Of a DNA stretch of 64,000 nt, positions 26,988-41,119 are shown piece by piece. The translations under genes and the position numbers were made by a program. Origin of the DNA: Octopus vulgaris (taxonomy: Eukaryota); NCBI GenBank assembly GCA_951406725.2, contig OX597823.1, positions 49,600,001 through 49,664,000 of the forward strand, given 5' to 3'. Position 1 is the stretch's first letter; each line of letters opens with the position of its first letter. The notes beneath the pieces are model-generated. The model worked only from the letters and a program-made list of their open reading frames with translations, was not told the origin of the DNA and searched no databases.

Positions 26988-27370
26988 TGGGCAGAGGTGT
27001 GACTGCGTGGTAAAAAGTTTGCCTCCCAACCACATAGATCTGGGCTCAGTCCCACTGTGTAACATCCTTGGCAAATAATTTCTGCTAAAGCCTAGGGCTG
27101 ACCTAGTAAATTTGTTAGACAGAAACTGAAAGAAGCTTGTCAGGTATGTATGTAAACGTCTTTATTTGTCCTCCACCATTGCTTAACAACTGGTGCTGGT
27201 GTGTTTACATCCCTGTAGCTTAGCAGTTAAGCAAAAGAGAACAAACAGAATAAATATCAAGCTTAAAAGACAAAATAAGTACTGGGGTCAATACATTTAA
27301 TGGGAATTCTATAAAGTGGTGCCCCAACATGGCTGCAGTCTAATGAGTGAAACGAACAAAGGATAAAACA
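26988..27370 (+). mobile_element. SINE family B
   Basis: Full head-to-tail homology. Confidence 0.8.
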
Positions 27371-27924
27371 GAAAAAGTTATTCACCTAAACTTCTTTCTA
27401 ATCCTCTTTAGTAACCACCAACATAGAGATAGGATTATCATTGCCACATGAAGAAGATTATTCGAAAGATTTCGGATTAAAAAATATTTTGCAACTACGA
27501 TTCAGCATCACTTCTAAGAAACACAAAAGGTAGAACCAAGATAGGAGTAGTCATCTTGATTCTGCACACAAAAATATCAAAATAGCATTCTTCAGAGAAA
27601 TTTCCGACTAGAAATGAAAACTGAAATTAGAAAAATAAATATAAAATCACAGAAACTCAATTTCAATATTTATTTTTCAACTTGACATTTCAAATATAAC
27701 GAAATAATTAAATGAAACCACGAAATTATTCTATATTCATTGGTCACAAAGACATAAGTCCACAGTAATTAGAAGCCACCTGAAAACAAATGAAATACTT
27801 TTGCTATTTAGTTAGAATTTCAAACAAAAACAAGCATCTTATGTGGAATCGTGAATTATGACATTTTCTTTTATAAAGATCATATTAAAATACAAAAACA
27901 AATTATAGTAATCACTTAACACAT

Positions 27925-28723
27925 GCATATGTACACAAGTACATACAAACACATATACATGTATATACATACATATATATAGATAGATGTGTTTATATAT
28001 TTTGCATATATATACATGTACGTGTGCATGTATATATAAATATATATATACACATATATATATATGCATACTTACAAATATTAATATACATAGATATTTA
28101 CATATATATATATATATGCATACATATATATGCATACTTACAAATATTAATATACATAGATATTTACATATATATATATATATATGCATACATATATAAG
28201 TATATATGTATATATAAGTATATATGTACATATAAATATATATAAGTATATATGTATATAAATATATATATATGTATGTATATATATATACATATATATA
28301 TATATATACATATATATACATGTATATATATATATACATGTATATATATATATACATGTATATATATATACATGTATGTATATATACATATAGACATGTA
28401 TATATATATACATGTATGTATATATATATATATATACATATATACCTACATATTTATATACATATATACATACATATATACACACATGTATGAATATGTA
28501 CATATATATGTACAAACATATATATATACGTATGCACATATATGTATTTATATGTACATACATATGTATACATATATAAACACACACATATATATGTATA
28601 TATATATATATATATATACATATGTAAACACACACATATACAAACGTGCACAAACATATACATATGTGTATATATACATATATATATATATACATATTTA
28701 GATATATATGTATAAGTAGAGGC

Positions 28724-28754
<31 letters not shown>

Positions 28755-29013
28755 TAAATACATAGGTACACACATATATAGATACATATATATACACATA
28801 TATATATATATTCACATATATATACATACATATACATATAGATATATTCACATATATATACATATACACATAGATATATATATATACATGCACATATATA
28901 TATATATACACACATATCTGTACATATATACATGTATGTATACATTTACACATGTGTACATATAGACATTTATATATACATATACAAATATATGTATATA
29001 TATACATGCATAC

Positions 29014-29052
<39 letters not shown>

Positions 29053-29129
29053 CATGTGTATATATATATATACATGTGTACATATATATATACATGTGTA
29101 CATATATATATACATGTGTACATATATAT

Positions 29130-29160
<31 letters not shown>

Positions 29161-29164
29161 CACA
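27925..29164. repeat. Compound (TA)/(CA)/(TG) microsatellite, about 1.2 kb
   Basis: Directly visible. Higher-order units such as TACATGTGTACATATATA. Confidence 0.95.
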
Positions 29165-29761
29165 TCCTATGATGGCTGCCTCTTATGTGTTTAAATGTAC
29201 ACTGTATTTATATGAATAATATAAGTCTATTGACTAAATTTTGTTACACACTAGGCCACTGGTAGTAGAAATTTCTAATATTTCTTATTACCCTTGATAT
29301 TATTAATTATTGATAACTTTTTCTGGATAATTTTCAAATTGAGGGGCCGGCATGTTTATTTACTACCGACAAGGAGCTGCGCTTGCAAAGTAGATTTGAA
29401 AAATTAGAATGTATATACTGGATTGCCATGTGCATATATGTTTAATCTAGGTGAACCTGCTGAAGAAGACTCTGCCTAGCAAATTATTTTATTTGCTAAA
29501 ATAAGTCTGAAACCATGGTCCAGGATTTATGTAGTAGATGTTATTCATTCCCTTCAAAGTTTTATCCCTAATGGTGGCTTGGAATTTAACTGTTCTTTCT
29601 GGCATGCAAGGAGTCCTATGATGGAGGCCTCTTATGTGTTTAAATGTACACTGTATTTATATGAATAATATACAGTTTATTGACTAAATTTTTTTTACAT
29701 GCTAGGCCACTGGTAGTAGAAATTTCTAACATTTCTTATTACCCTTGATATTATTAATTAT
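29165..29761 (+). mobile_element. Terminally redundant hammerhead-bearing non-coding element (retrozyme-like or Penelope pLTR-derived)
   Basis: About 146-bp direct repeat at 29165-29310 and 29614-29761 (period 449) flanking a single hammerhead. Both ends abut TA-rich microsatellite. No ORF. Confidence 0.75.
29456..29524 (+). ncRNA. Type I hammerhead ribozyme motif, minimal PLE/retrozyme type, intact core
   Basis: Stem I CCTG/CAGG. Core CTGAAGA 29460-29466. Stem II AGACT/AGTCT extended by TAGCAAAT/ATTTGCTA. GAAA 29509-29512. Palindromic stem III ACCATGGT. GUC triplet, predicted cut after 29520. Confidence 0.88.
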
Positions 29762-30438
29762 GTATATATATATATATATATGTATATACATACATGTTTA
29801 CATATATATGGACATATACACATGTACATATATATGCGTATACATGTGTATATGTATATATATATATATATACATACGTGTACATATATATATGTTTGTG
29901 TTTGTATACACATATGCATGTGTGTGTGTGTGTGTGTGACATATATCAATGATTGTACAATACAGACACTAAATTGTTTTCTTTTTTACCAAGGAAACCA
30001 ATACAATTCTAAAATTAAAGTAGAGCATTAAGAAAATACATAAAAAAACAAATAATGAAACAAAATAATCTGAAATTAATAAGTTGAAATAAATTTATCG
30101 AGATGCTTGCTTGACTTGCACAATTCTCACGGAATTTTACCATTCTCACAGTAATACACAATAAAATGCAAATTGTCCTTTTATAAATTCAGAGTATCCA
30201 ACAAAATATTTTTCACATTTGTAACAGCTCTGTTGTTAGCTGAGTATTATTTATGGATTATAAAGAACAAGTGTTTTCTTTATTATTATATATTATATAT
30301 GTGTGTGTGTGTGTGTGTGTGCATGTGTGTGTTTGTATGCGTAATTCAAGTGCGTGAAAAATGCTCACTGCTGGAGAGTTTATTATCAAACGGGTGGCAG
30401 AAAATAATTTTGTTCAACTTTTTAAATGAATTATTTCA

Positions 30439-30470
<32 letters not shown>

Positions 30471-33400
30471 TTTTGTTTTTTCTCTCTTTAAATTTCATTT
30501 TGAGCTTTCAGCTTTTTGGAAGAGATTGGCTTAGCATTTGATAGTTCCTGTATAACTTTTACCAAACATGGCCTCTTTTCTTTCTCCTCTTGCTAGTATG
30601 CTAAGAAGCGAAGCAAAATGAAAGGAGACACCAAAAATAGGATGTTTGTTTCCTAAAAGTGATGAACTAGAGAAAAATATTAAATGACCTTTTATTAGGT
30701 CAATATTAGAATTTCTTCAACATTTTCTAAAGAGTTCTATTGGGAATTGTTTAAGCTAAGTAAGCAGTATCTGCACCTTACTATTAGTGCACCAAAAAGC
30801 TTCAGGCTCGAGATATTTGTAACTATGTAAGGAATTCCATAGAATAATCTGCCAGTGTCCAATAAAAGAACAAAGGAATCATTGAAGCAACAACATATAA
30901 AGACTATGGAAAAGTTCTGCACAATCTCAGATGATTTGTTTAACCTCATTGAGTTTTTTTTTTTTTTGTTATTTCTAAATATTTTTTCCATGCCATAACT
31001 CATACAATTACTCACACACACACACCTCTATATGTGGCTGAAAACACATGAAACAAAATGTAAATTTGATTTCACATTTAAAGTTTCAAATTACAATTAG
31101 ATTTACTGTTTTAAATTACTATTACATCACCCATCAGTTATAACGAAATAAGGCGTTGGGGATTTTTATACTTTTCCATTTTAATTTGACCATTTAACTT
31201 GCAAATAGAATAACCATTTGCTAGAGATATGTGCAGAAATATAAAAAGGTAACTTTTTTGTTAATCATGAAATCATTATATCTTTATTAAATTTCTAAAA
31301 ATTCATGATATTTACAAATGTATCTAATTTTGATAATATCCAACATAACTATTAGCTTATTTTAATAATAATTAAATTGTAAATACATGTTACAATAATA
31401 TGTTCCACATAAAAAACTATATCCATGATGACATACAAAAAATAATTACTAGACACCCAAATATAATTTTGCTATAAAATATATTTTCCTTAGCCAATGT
31501 TGCCATCAGCATAATTATAATTCTAAAGTAGTACAAATGAATATATGAAGCTCTGAACAATGTGGATGTTCACAATTATGAACACATTATATAATATAGA
31601 CACAATTTCTTCTTTGTTGTCAATGCTTCCTTTACATGGAGATCACAATGGTAATGAGCAGGGCAGGCTTCTTTCAATGTTTCCATCCTTTTATTTGAAT
31701 ATTCTTTCTATTTGGCTATACACCACCTTTTTTTACAATGTTCCACAAGCAATGAGTTCACATCAAGGGATATATATATATATATATATATGGTCATACA
31801 TATACAATATCATTCTCACGTAAAATAGCATTGTTTAAGAAGTAACTGATTGGATGATAAAGACGGAAAAAAAAAAGACACCTGACATGTATGAAGAGTT
31901 AATTTTTCAATGAAATTATATCCAAGAACTGAAGATTAAACTGCAATTCTGTAAAGCACTTTTTACCTGCCTGAACAGTCAGATGTTTGTAAAGACAAAA
32001 TAATAATAATAAAATAAGTAATACTGTCCACACAAAAATATATCTGAAGACAAATACGTTCCATATTACACATTATTACTATTAAAATATGAGGATATAC
32101 ACTACATCCAGTTCTAATATCACATATTTTAAAAAATTTTCGATTTTTGTTATTTTTCTTTGCTGAATTAGCAAATTTGAAACTGCCAATAAGAAAAGTT
32201 ATAATGAGCAAATGACAGAAGAGACAAATATCAAGCTGCTGACAGAACAATTAAGATATAGGGAGCAAACAGGGAAACAATTTGTTTTTTGTCTTTTGTT
32301 AAATATATTTCAGGATTGTTATAAATATGGAAGGGGAGAGGGGCTTCAGAAGTAAATTTTAATTAACCATTTACAGATTTTGTTAAATAAATTGTTTGAA
32401 GACTAACAAGTCTCCACAGATTTTGACAAATTGATGTGATTTGAAGAGTTTGTAGAGGGTAAAGGATAAAATGAAGGAGAAACTTTGTGGTTTCAATGAA
32501 GCATTTTCTTGACTCTCAAATTATTCTTGTGAAAAGGTATCAATTTGGCACATTAAAAATAATAGAAACAAAAGGAGTGCCCAAGTTGATTAATTGTGTT
32601 TCCATTTCAATAGCTCATTCATATATAAATATAAAATAAACTACAAAATGCTCCAGCATGCCAGAAAAGAGAAACTTTTAATAATTCAGGTTTCAACAAA
32701 TAAACAAAATACATAAAAAGACACTATCAATAAATAAATGTTGAGTTGTCCATGGCAAAATTAAGATACTTTTTCTTCTCTTTCATTTTTGTTTACTAAT
32801 GCCTAATTGATACAGATAAATATAAATTCCATAATTAGTTATAATGGTAGTTAATTAGTGATGTATTCACACCAAGAAACATACACACATGCACTTGTGT
32901 GGTTAAATAGTGACCAAAGCATTTACATCAATTAACGAGTCTTTCATTTAATCTAATTCTTCTTGAAAAGAAACCAGGATTTATTACACAGCCTATATAA
33001 AAGTTAACATTTCCACTGATAAAATCACAGATACAAGAGTGACATAATTTTAAGCATTCAAATTTCTTATCAGATAAATAATATTTAAAACAATATAAAA
33101 TTTATTTCTAATTATGTAAAAAACAAATATATATATCAAAGGAAGAAATAACAGTGTCTAAATAAATAAGCATTATTATTATTATTATCATTTTATATAA
33201 GCATGCATTAATGATATTTCACATCTGGAGAGATTGTGAGTAAATCTTATCTAAAAAGTATGGTGTTCTTTAAAACTTTATATTGGCTGGTTATTGTATT
33301 CCCTTTAAGAACCTAATACAAGTTACATGAGTTAAAGAAACTTATAGTAAAAAGTAGGTAAACATTTTTAACAAATATGTTGACTGAAATACCATGTGCA

Positions 33401-33494
33401 TCATTCTGATATTCAAAAACATATTCAAAGAAAACTGAAAATACAGAAGTAACAATAAAGGAAACCTGTGTACATATATCATAATCTGCATTAA

Positions 33495-33715
33495 TCCTTT
33501 AGCATTTAAACAGGCCATATTTAGCCAAAATATTCAACCTGTTTTTATGTCTAAACTGGCTAGATCTAGATTCTTACATTTATCCTATAATGTTATTCCA
33601 AAAATAAACAATCACATCATCAAAATTTCAAAACTATGAGGTAATGAGTGATTAACTGAAAGCAATGTGAATAAATAAGCATTATATTTGACAGAGTAAT
33701 CTCAATACTAAAGGA
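33495..33715 (-). mobile_element. piggyBac-type MITE, family 1
   Basis: TTAA-TCCTTTAG ... CTAAAGGA-TTAA, reverse complement of 9271-9491. Confidence 0.85.
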
Positions 33716-35969
33716 TTAAATGAGAACTAATTAAAAAGATAATTAAAAAGGTGACTGTCACCAATTTGAAATGTTAGAAAACAAATTCTTAAATGAAAAC
33801 TTATGTGCCTTAGTAAATGAACAGAAATGAAAGTTATCAAGTAACCAAATTCAAAAATGACCTCCTTAAATCTGAAGACATAGTTTTTCAAGAATTCTGA
33901 GCAGTTCTGTTGAGGCTAATAATAGAAATGCTCTCATCTTTGATAAAGAAGGTGAGGATTTCAGCTATTGGCTATTTTTAAAATACACTTTCAGCAAGGA
34001 AATATTTCCCAGCAACTTTAATTATAAAACAAGTTTGAAGCTTGTTTTTCATTATTAAAAAAAACAAAAAACTACTACAATAACTGTTTCATTAAAATAA
34101 AATGTTATTTAGTCTTATTTGTAAAGAACTCATTTATATAAGAGAAGAGACCAATTTGTTTTACATGATGTATATATATATACATATATATAGCTAGGTC
34201 TGAAAATCTAGACGATAAAAGTGTAATTATATAATTTGGTAGGAGTGCTTAGGTTGTAAAGTAACGAATATCAAAACTGGTTGACTTAGAAATCAGCAAT
34301 AGTCATCAGTTTTATCTGTAGCATAAATACAATTTCAAATAAATAACTGCAGATAACAGGCAATATTCCAAAACCTACAAAAAATATAGAATGATGCTGC
34401 TGCTTTTTTAGAATGGACTGACTATCTTGCAAACTATTACCAGTTATGTCTCACATTTCATTAAAAAAATTTTTTTAATGCTTTCAAACATTAAATATGA
34501 CACCCAAAGTTCATGAATTGATAAATAAGCTAGTGAAAAACAGTGATACTTCCATCATCAACATCTTAGAAGGCAGATCTTTGTTTAACTATTTCATGAA
34601 GGTATTTCTAACAAGTAGGCTATGACTTACTACTAATTTTCAATATTATCAACATTTTGGAGGTGCTCAGCAAAATATCTACTGCTTTATATACTGGTAT
34701 ATATTGATCCTGACCAACTAAAATATCACAATACTATTCATGTTGCAATGATATTTTGATAGATATTTAAATCTAAATATGAATATTGTAACATGGGGCT
34801 GTCTGAGATATTAGGATGGTTAAACCATGACAATGGAATTAACTTTTGATAAAGTATGCCAGTCATAAAGTAATTAATCCTGAGACTCCATCAGTGCCAT
34901 AGATTATGTTAAGTTATCAAAAGTATATTTAATGACTGGACATGTAAAAAACTTAAATAAGATCAAAGATGCAGTGAATGACTAATCACTTTTCCATTTC
35001 CAATAGGTACATGAACAACTCTGGACAACCTCAGTGAAAGTAATGTCTCACATGATATCTTGCAAAAAAAAAAAAAAAAAAAAAAAAAGAACAAAATGGA
35101 AAAAGGAAAAACAAGTAAATACAGAGTAATGTACATTTGTTGTAGGGAAAACAAACTGTTTAAGAATTAAACAATTTTGAGATATCTATATGATAAATAA
35201 TTTAAGTGAGTGAAAGAATATTTAATGCTTAAAACATTAAAAAGCTACTGATAAACATCACAGCTAATACCAATACAGAGGCCAACAGGGTGAATAGCAA
35301 CATACATATATAAATAATATGTATATACTCCAGAGAATTCCACAACTGAACTAAAACAAACATTGATCATCAGTTTATATATTTCACACTAGTAAAATTC
35401 TCTAAAATAAACCAAAATTAAACCTCAAATAAAAAAGAATTTGAGGCACAGAGCAATAGCAGAAATTTCTGAAAATCTGGCAAAAGATAGAGGTAGGGGA
35501 TCACAACCAGTTGTAATAAATTCATTCTGGAATTTTAAGTTCCTTTTCAGTCTTAACGTATTTAAAATATGGGGGTCTGTATTTTTAAATACTTTGCCCA
35601 ATTTTCCTTTTAAAGCATTATAAATTCAAATTAATAAGGAATTAGTCAATCAATTAAAGACTTAGTAATTGTAGCCTGATACCAGTATTCTATGTGAGGT
35701 ACAAAAAGAAACAAAAATTGCTATTAATAATCAATAAATAGGTAACACCTAGCTGTAAAGTTATTGCATGTGGTGGAAAAGTTACTGCTGTACAGAGTGA
35801 TGGAAGTGAATAATTCTTCTGTTTCATAAGATTCAGCTAATATTGTCCCATGGTGAAAGTGCGTTCTAAAGTGGTATTTCTATACCTAGAAGGATAACTT
35901 ATGAGGGCTTGAAAATTAAGAGCAGCTTTAATGTACAAGAACCATCACACAGGAATGGCAAATTAATAT

Positions 35970-36326
35970 CTTTTATCTCCTACTTGTTTCAGTCATTGGA
36001 CTGCAACCATGCTGGGGCACTGCCTTGAAGAAGTTTTAGTCAATCAAATCAGACCCAGTTGTTATTTTTCTTTTTAAAGCCTGGTACTTATTCTATCAAT
36101 CTCTTTTGCCAACTGCAAAATAACAGATGGAAATACTCCAACACAAAGACACACACATACATAGAGTTATGATGGGCTTCTTTCAATTTCTGTCCACCAA
36201 ATCTACTCTCAAGGCTTTGGTCAGACTGAGGCTATAGTACAAGACACTTGTTCAACGTGCCATGCAGTGAAACTGAACCCACAACCATGTGGTTGGGAAG
36301 CAAGCATCTTACCACACAGCCACGCA
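35970..36326 (-). mobile_element. SINE family B
   Basis: Reverse-complement homology. Confidence 0.8.
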
Positions 36327-37013
36327 TCTATCAATATTTTTTTACCCTGAAACAGGTTGGACAGACCTACATATTTGAATTTTAGCTTTTAAATTAGTTG
36401 TAATAAATACATTTACATCTAATTGATCATCTTGATTCTAACTACACAATCTCAAAGTAGAAAGTAGTTTTCAGGTATGTTAAATGAATTGAATAAAAAC
36501 AAAAATATGTACCTTGCTTATGATCACAACACAGCATCACTATCAGACTTTGAACTCATAACACTGGGTAAGTAGTTCAACAATTATATTAATCTCACAG
36601 CCACTGTTTCTTAATAAATTTATGGCAAATCAAAATTAAAAGAAAATACCTTATCCTCATATTAAAATATTTCACTATAGTTACAAAAAGGTGTCATCTA
36701 AGGAGAAAAAAGAAAAAGAAAAAACTAACGAAATATTTTCTAATTTGAGTAGGTTTTTGCATAGAAACAAAAATCAAACTAACTGCTGATGAAAATATAT
36801 GTTTTTTATTTTTTATTGACATGAATAATTTTAAAATTTAAATATAGGAATAAAAACTGAAATATAGGTGGATAAAGATAGCTCATTTTAGTTTAACATT
36901 TCATGTATAAATTGTATCCCTTGCAGGGCATACACATTAGACTCCATCAAACAGGTTTTCTTCTTCATAGCTTTCATATCAAAGACAACATATAGCATTC
37001 ATTATACAGACAT

Positions 37014-37055
<42 letters not shown>

Positions 37056-37872
37056 AGAAAGAGACAGACAGACAAAGAGAGAGACTGGAAAACATTTTAT
37101 TGACACTCTCAACATAACTTGTTCACATAAACTCAACCAAATTGACTATCTATGTGGCACTTATTTGGATCAGAATTACAGCATATTTGAACCAAGTGTA
37201 CATAATACTGGAGCATTGGTCTTATATTAAAGAGTGACTTTTTGTTATAAAGTGGACAAATACAAAGATATCCAGTTGTTTCAGCCCAGTTTTGACATTA
37301 ATGGCTGATCAGCATCCAGCGTATCATCCCTCATGAAAACACTGTCCAAAGATATAGGTCTTAGAAATAATATAGTGACTATTTTTAAACAGCAATAAAG
37401 AGGGTGATTTGAAAGATATTTGGGGCTGCTACATTCATCAGATTAAGCGACTTTTAGAATTCTTTGGTGGCCGTGTGTGTATATATATATACACACACAC
37501 ACATATATTGATATATATATATATACACAGACATATATATAAATATACACACACACACATATACATATATATACATACATACACACAAAATCAAATCAAA
37601 CACACATACAGTGTATGTGTGTGTGTTGTTAGTTCATGGGACAGCTGCATTTGAGCCATAAGAGAACATGTTCTTAACAAGCCCGGTATTACTTTCTGGT
37701 ATTTTTAACACCAGGCACATTGAGAATATGTTCTTTTACACCAAAAACACAGCCAACGCCTGAACTAACAAGACACACACTTTGTTGTGTATGCATGTTT
37801 GATTTTGCTTACATACTTCAAGTTGCTTCTTATTCTTATTTGATATATATATACACACATACACACAGAGGT

Positions 37873-38224
37873 ATCTTTTACTGTTTCAGTTATTAGACTG
37901 TGGGCATGCTGGGATACCACCATTAAGAATTTTAGTTGAATGCACCAACCCCACTGGTACTTATTCTATTGATCTATTTTGCCAAACTGCCAAATTACAG
38001 GGATGTAAACACAATACTGGTTGTTAAATGGTGGTGGACAAACACAGATATATATATATATGCACACACACATTACAGGCTTCTTTCAGTTTCTGTCCAC
38101 AAAATTCACTCACAAGACTTTGATCAGCCTGAGGCTATAGTAGAAGACACTTGCCCAAGGTACCATGCAGTTATATTGAACCTGGAATCATATTGTTGGG
38201 AAGCAAACTTCTTACCACACAGCC

Positions 38225-38225
<1 letters not shown>
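37873..38225 (-). mobile_element. SINE family B
   Basis: Reverse-complement homology. Confidence 0.78.
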
Positions 38226-38260
<35 letters not shown>

Positions 38261-39511
38261 GCACAAACATACACACATATATAGATGTACAAACACATAT
38301 ATATACACATAGAAAATAATCACAATTGTATCATTCAAAAGATGTACACAAAATCGACAGTTTGTGTGATCAAACACTGAACTTTCACTGATATAGTCCA
38401 CCAAGCTGTAGACAGGTACAACTAGGAAGTATTTTGCTACCACTGTAAACAATAGAAAAAGCATAGAATATTTGTAAAATTACCTTTACATTGCTAAACT
38501 TACTATTCCTCCCATGGATCTGGAGAAGTTAGTGAAAAACCATCCTAATAAATTATTCTTTGAATCACCTATGTCAATGTTAAACCTTCAGTGGTGGCTC
38601 AACTACCAGGTAAGAAAAGATTAGCTTTATATTATGTGTGTGTGTCCACTACATGTAAGCAATAATTACAACTATTTATCATTAGAAATAGGTTTTTAAA
38701 ATCTAAGAGAATTTCAATTTGGCAGCATATAGCAAAAACAAAAATATGTTGCCTAGGAGTACAAGACTGCTTGTATAGTATATGAATTCATTCTCTAGGA
38801 GCAAGAAGTAAGCTTATTGTATCCACTGGGCACTGCACATTCTAAAAAGTAATTAATATGACAAAAACAGAAAAGAAAAAAAAATTACTAGAATGAAATA
38901 ATTGAAGAAAAAAAAACAAAAAACAAAAAAACAGGAAGTTTTATTCAAATAATTTTAATGAAATGAAACAACTCCCTGAAAATTGCTTCATTTTGATGTG
39001 TTTTTTTTTTTATATTAAAGACTAAATAAGTCTCAATTATTTACTGGCAGGTAGCTCTATACAGCCACATAGTATCACAGTTAAAGAACCTAACATTTAT
39101 TGTAACCAAAGTCAAGGCTCAACTTTTTGTCTATGCAACATGTTATAAAAAAAAAATTAAACAAAAAAAAATAATAATAAATTGCTGTAGACAGACAATC
39201 AATGACTTCAAAATCAGCTGAACATTCTTCACAGAAACATAGCATGCAAGATTTAATAAGGTTCTTGCTTTTTATATTCTTTTTTGGAGGGGGTGGGTCT
39301 TTTTGTTTTCATATCTGTAAGCATGATACTGATCATGATACACAAACACAGTAACAGTCCTTACACATGGCAAAATGTGCCATAAAGTTCTCTTTTAAAT
39401 TTTTTCTTTGTTTCTTTTTCCTTGTTCTGTTAATCTTATAGATTAATTTAATCTACTTTTTGTCATATGACAGAAAATAAAATGATAAAAGGACATATTT
39501 TTCTCTTTCTC

Positions 39512-39557
<46 letters not shown>

Positions 39558-41073
39558 TGAAATTGAACAAAGTTACAATAACCACTGTCTGTTTACAAGT
39601 TGATTTCACAAATCATTGAAATACATATTTATTTTCTTGAAGTTGACATTTCTACGATGATTCTGATAGAAATCAGTAGAAATTCATCACAAGACTTTCT
39701 TCGGAATTTCATTTCATGGAAAGTAAACATATTTGTATCAATTTTAACTGTAATAAATTAATAAATAAAATTTTAATATATAACAAAAATAACAAATTCT
39801 TTTAATTTTAGTTACTTTAGAAAAGAAAAATCTAAAAATTACTAAAATTGAACTGAAATTAATCTTGAAACTTTAAACCTTATTCACAGATTATCCTCAG
39901 AGATTACACAGTGCCAGGAATATTTTACAAAGAAATTAGTTACAATGCACAAATATATATATTTATCATTATTTTTACCATCATTACCTTCTCTAATATC
40001 ACTTCAAAGTCAGATAAGTTCTCCAAAACATTGTTTTATTTAAATATTATAGGACAGAAAAATTTTCAAAATGTCCTTCTTTTGCCCTTTAAAATTCGAA
40101 ATAAATTTGTAAAAGTTTTATTTAGCTTATATTTAGCTTATTTTCTCACTGACCTCATGGTGTCATTTTTGGCTTTTTTAAAAATTTTAATAAGCTCTAT
40201 CATCCTACAAGCAACAAACATTTTGTTTCTGTTTATTTTCGCTACATTAGTGCTAAACTAATTTCTGTTGGATAATTTCCAGCTTTTATCCATCATAAGG
40301 ATTAAAAAGAATCAAGTGAATTAACAAAAAAAAAAATAATAAAAATAAAAAAAAAATCATATTTTCTGAAAATAGTACATGAGATTAGTACCAAGGTAAA
40401 GGTCATCATTTTTTTTTTCAAACCATCCATCACAGTCCAGTTGTAGTCCCTTTCGGCAATATGACGCAAGTTAAAATTGAAAATAAAAATACAGTAAAAC
40501 TTGCCAGCATAAAATAGCCATCATTAATATAATTTCTCTCTCTTTTTTTTAATACATAGCAATAAAGATATTTAAAATATATATAACTTGTGAAGTAGAC
40601 TATGAACATTCAACATATCACAATAGAAAGTATTAAATTTTTAACAAAGCAAAATGAAAACAACTGCAGCAGTACATGGCAATAAAGAAAGGGTTCTTTA
40701 ACATGGTATTATAAACACATACAAAGATATATATGTGCTGGCATCTAAACCATTATATTTTCTCCAATATCTATCACATTTGGGGTATCTTTTTTTTAAT
40801 TTTTACTCTTAAGTCAATTTCACAGAATATGAGAGTGCAAAAAAGAAATCTTTTAACGTTGACCTAGTATGAAGTAAACATATACACAAGTACATAGGAC
40901 ACATACACATATACATATGATACATTCATATTAAACATGTATACAGACATGTTTACATACAGGGTACTCACACATACAAATGTGTGTGTGAAATTGTGTG
41001 TGTACATGCAAACGTGAGTGAAAACAAGAGTGAAAAAGAACACTCCAAATCGAAGTTAGAGTATTATATCTTC

Positions 41074-41119
41074 TATCTTGTGACTTCAAGTTTCAAGTCT
41101 TCCATCTTCAGACAAAATA
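41074..41119 (-). ncRNA. Candidate isolated type I hammerhead with weak stem II
   Basis: Minus strand TATTTTGT CTGAAGA TGGAAGACTT GAAA CTTGAAG TC ACAAGATA. 8-bp stem I, intact core, 3-bp stem III, GUC triplet. Stem II is marginal. Confidence 0.4.

Noticed and set aside
27839-29219. Long ORFs rich in Y, I, C, V, H, T (also 17157-17462, 45325-45852, 62290-63214)
   Set aside because: These are translations of TA/CA/TG microsatellites, which lack stop codons.
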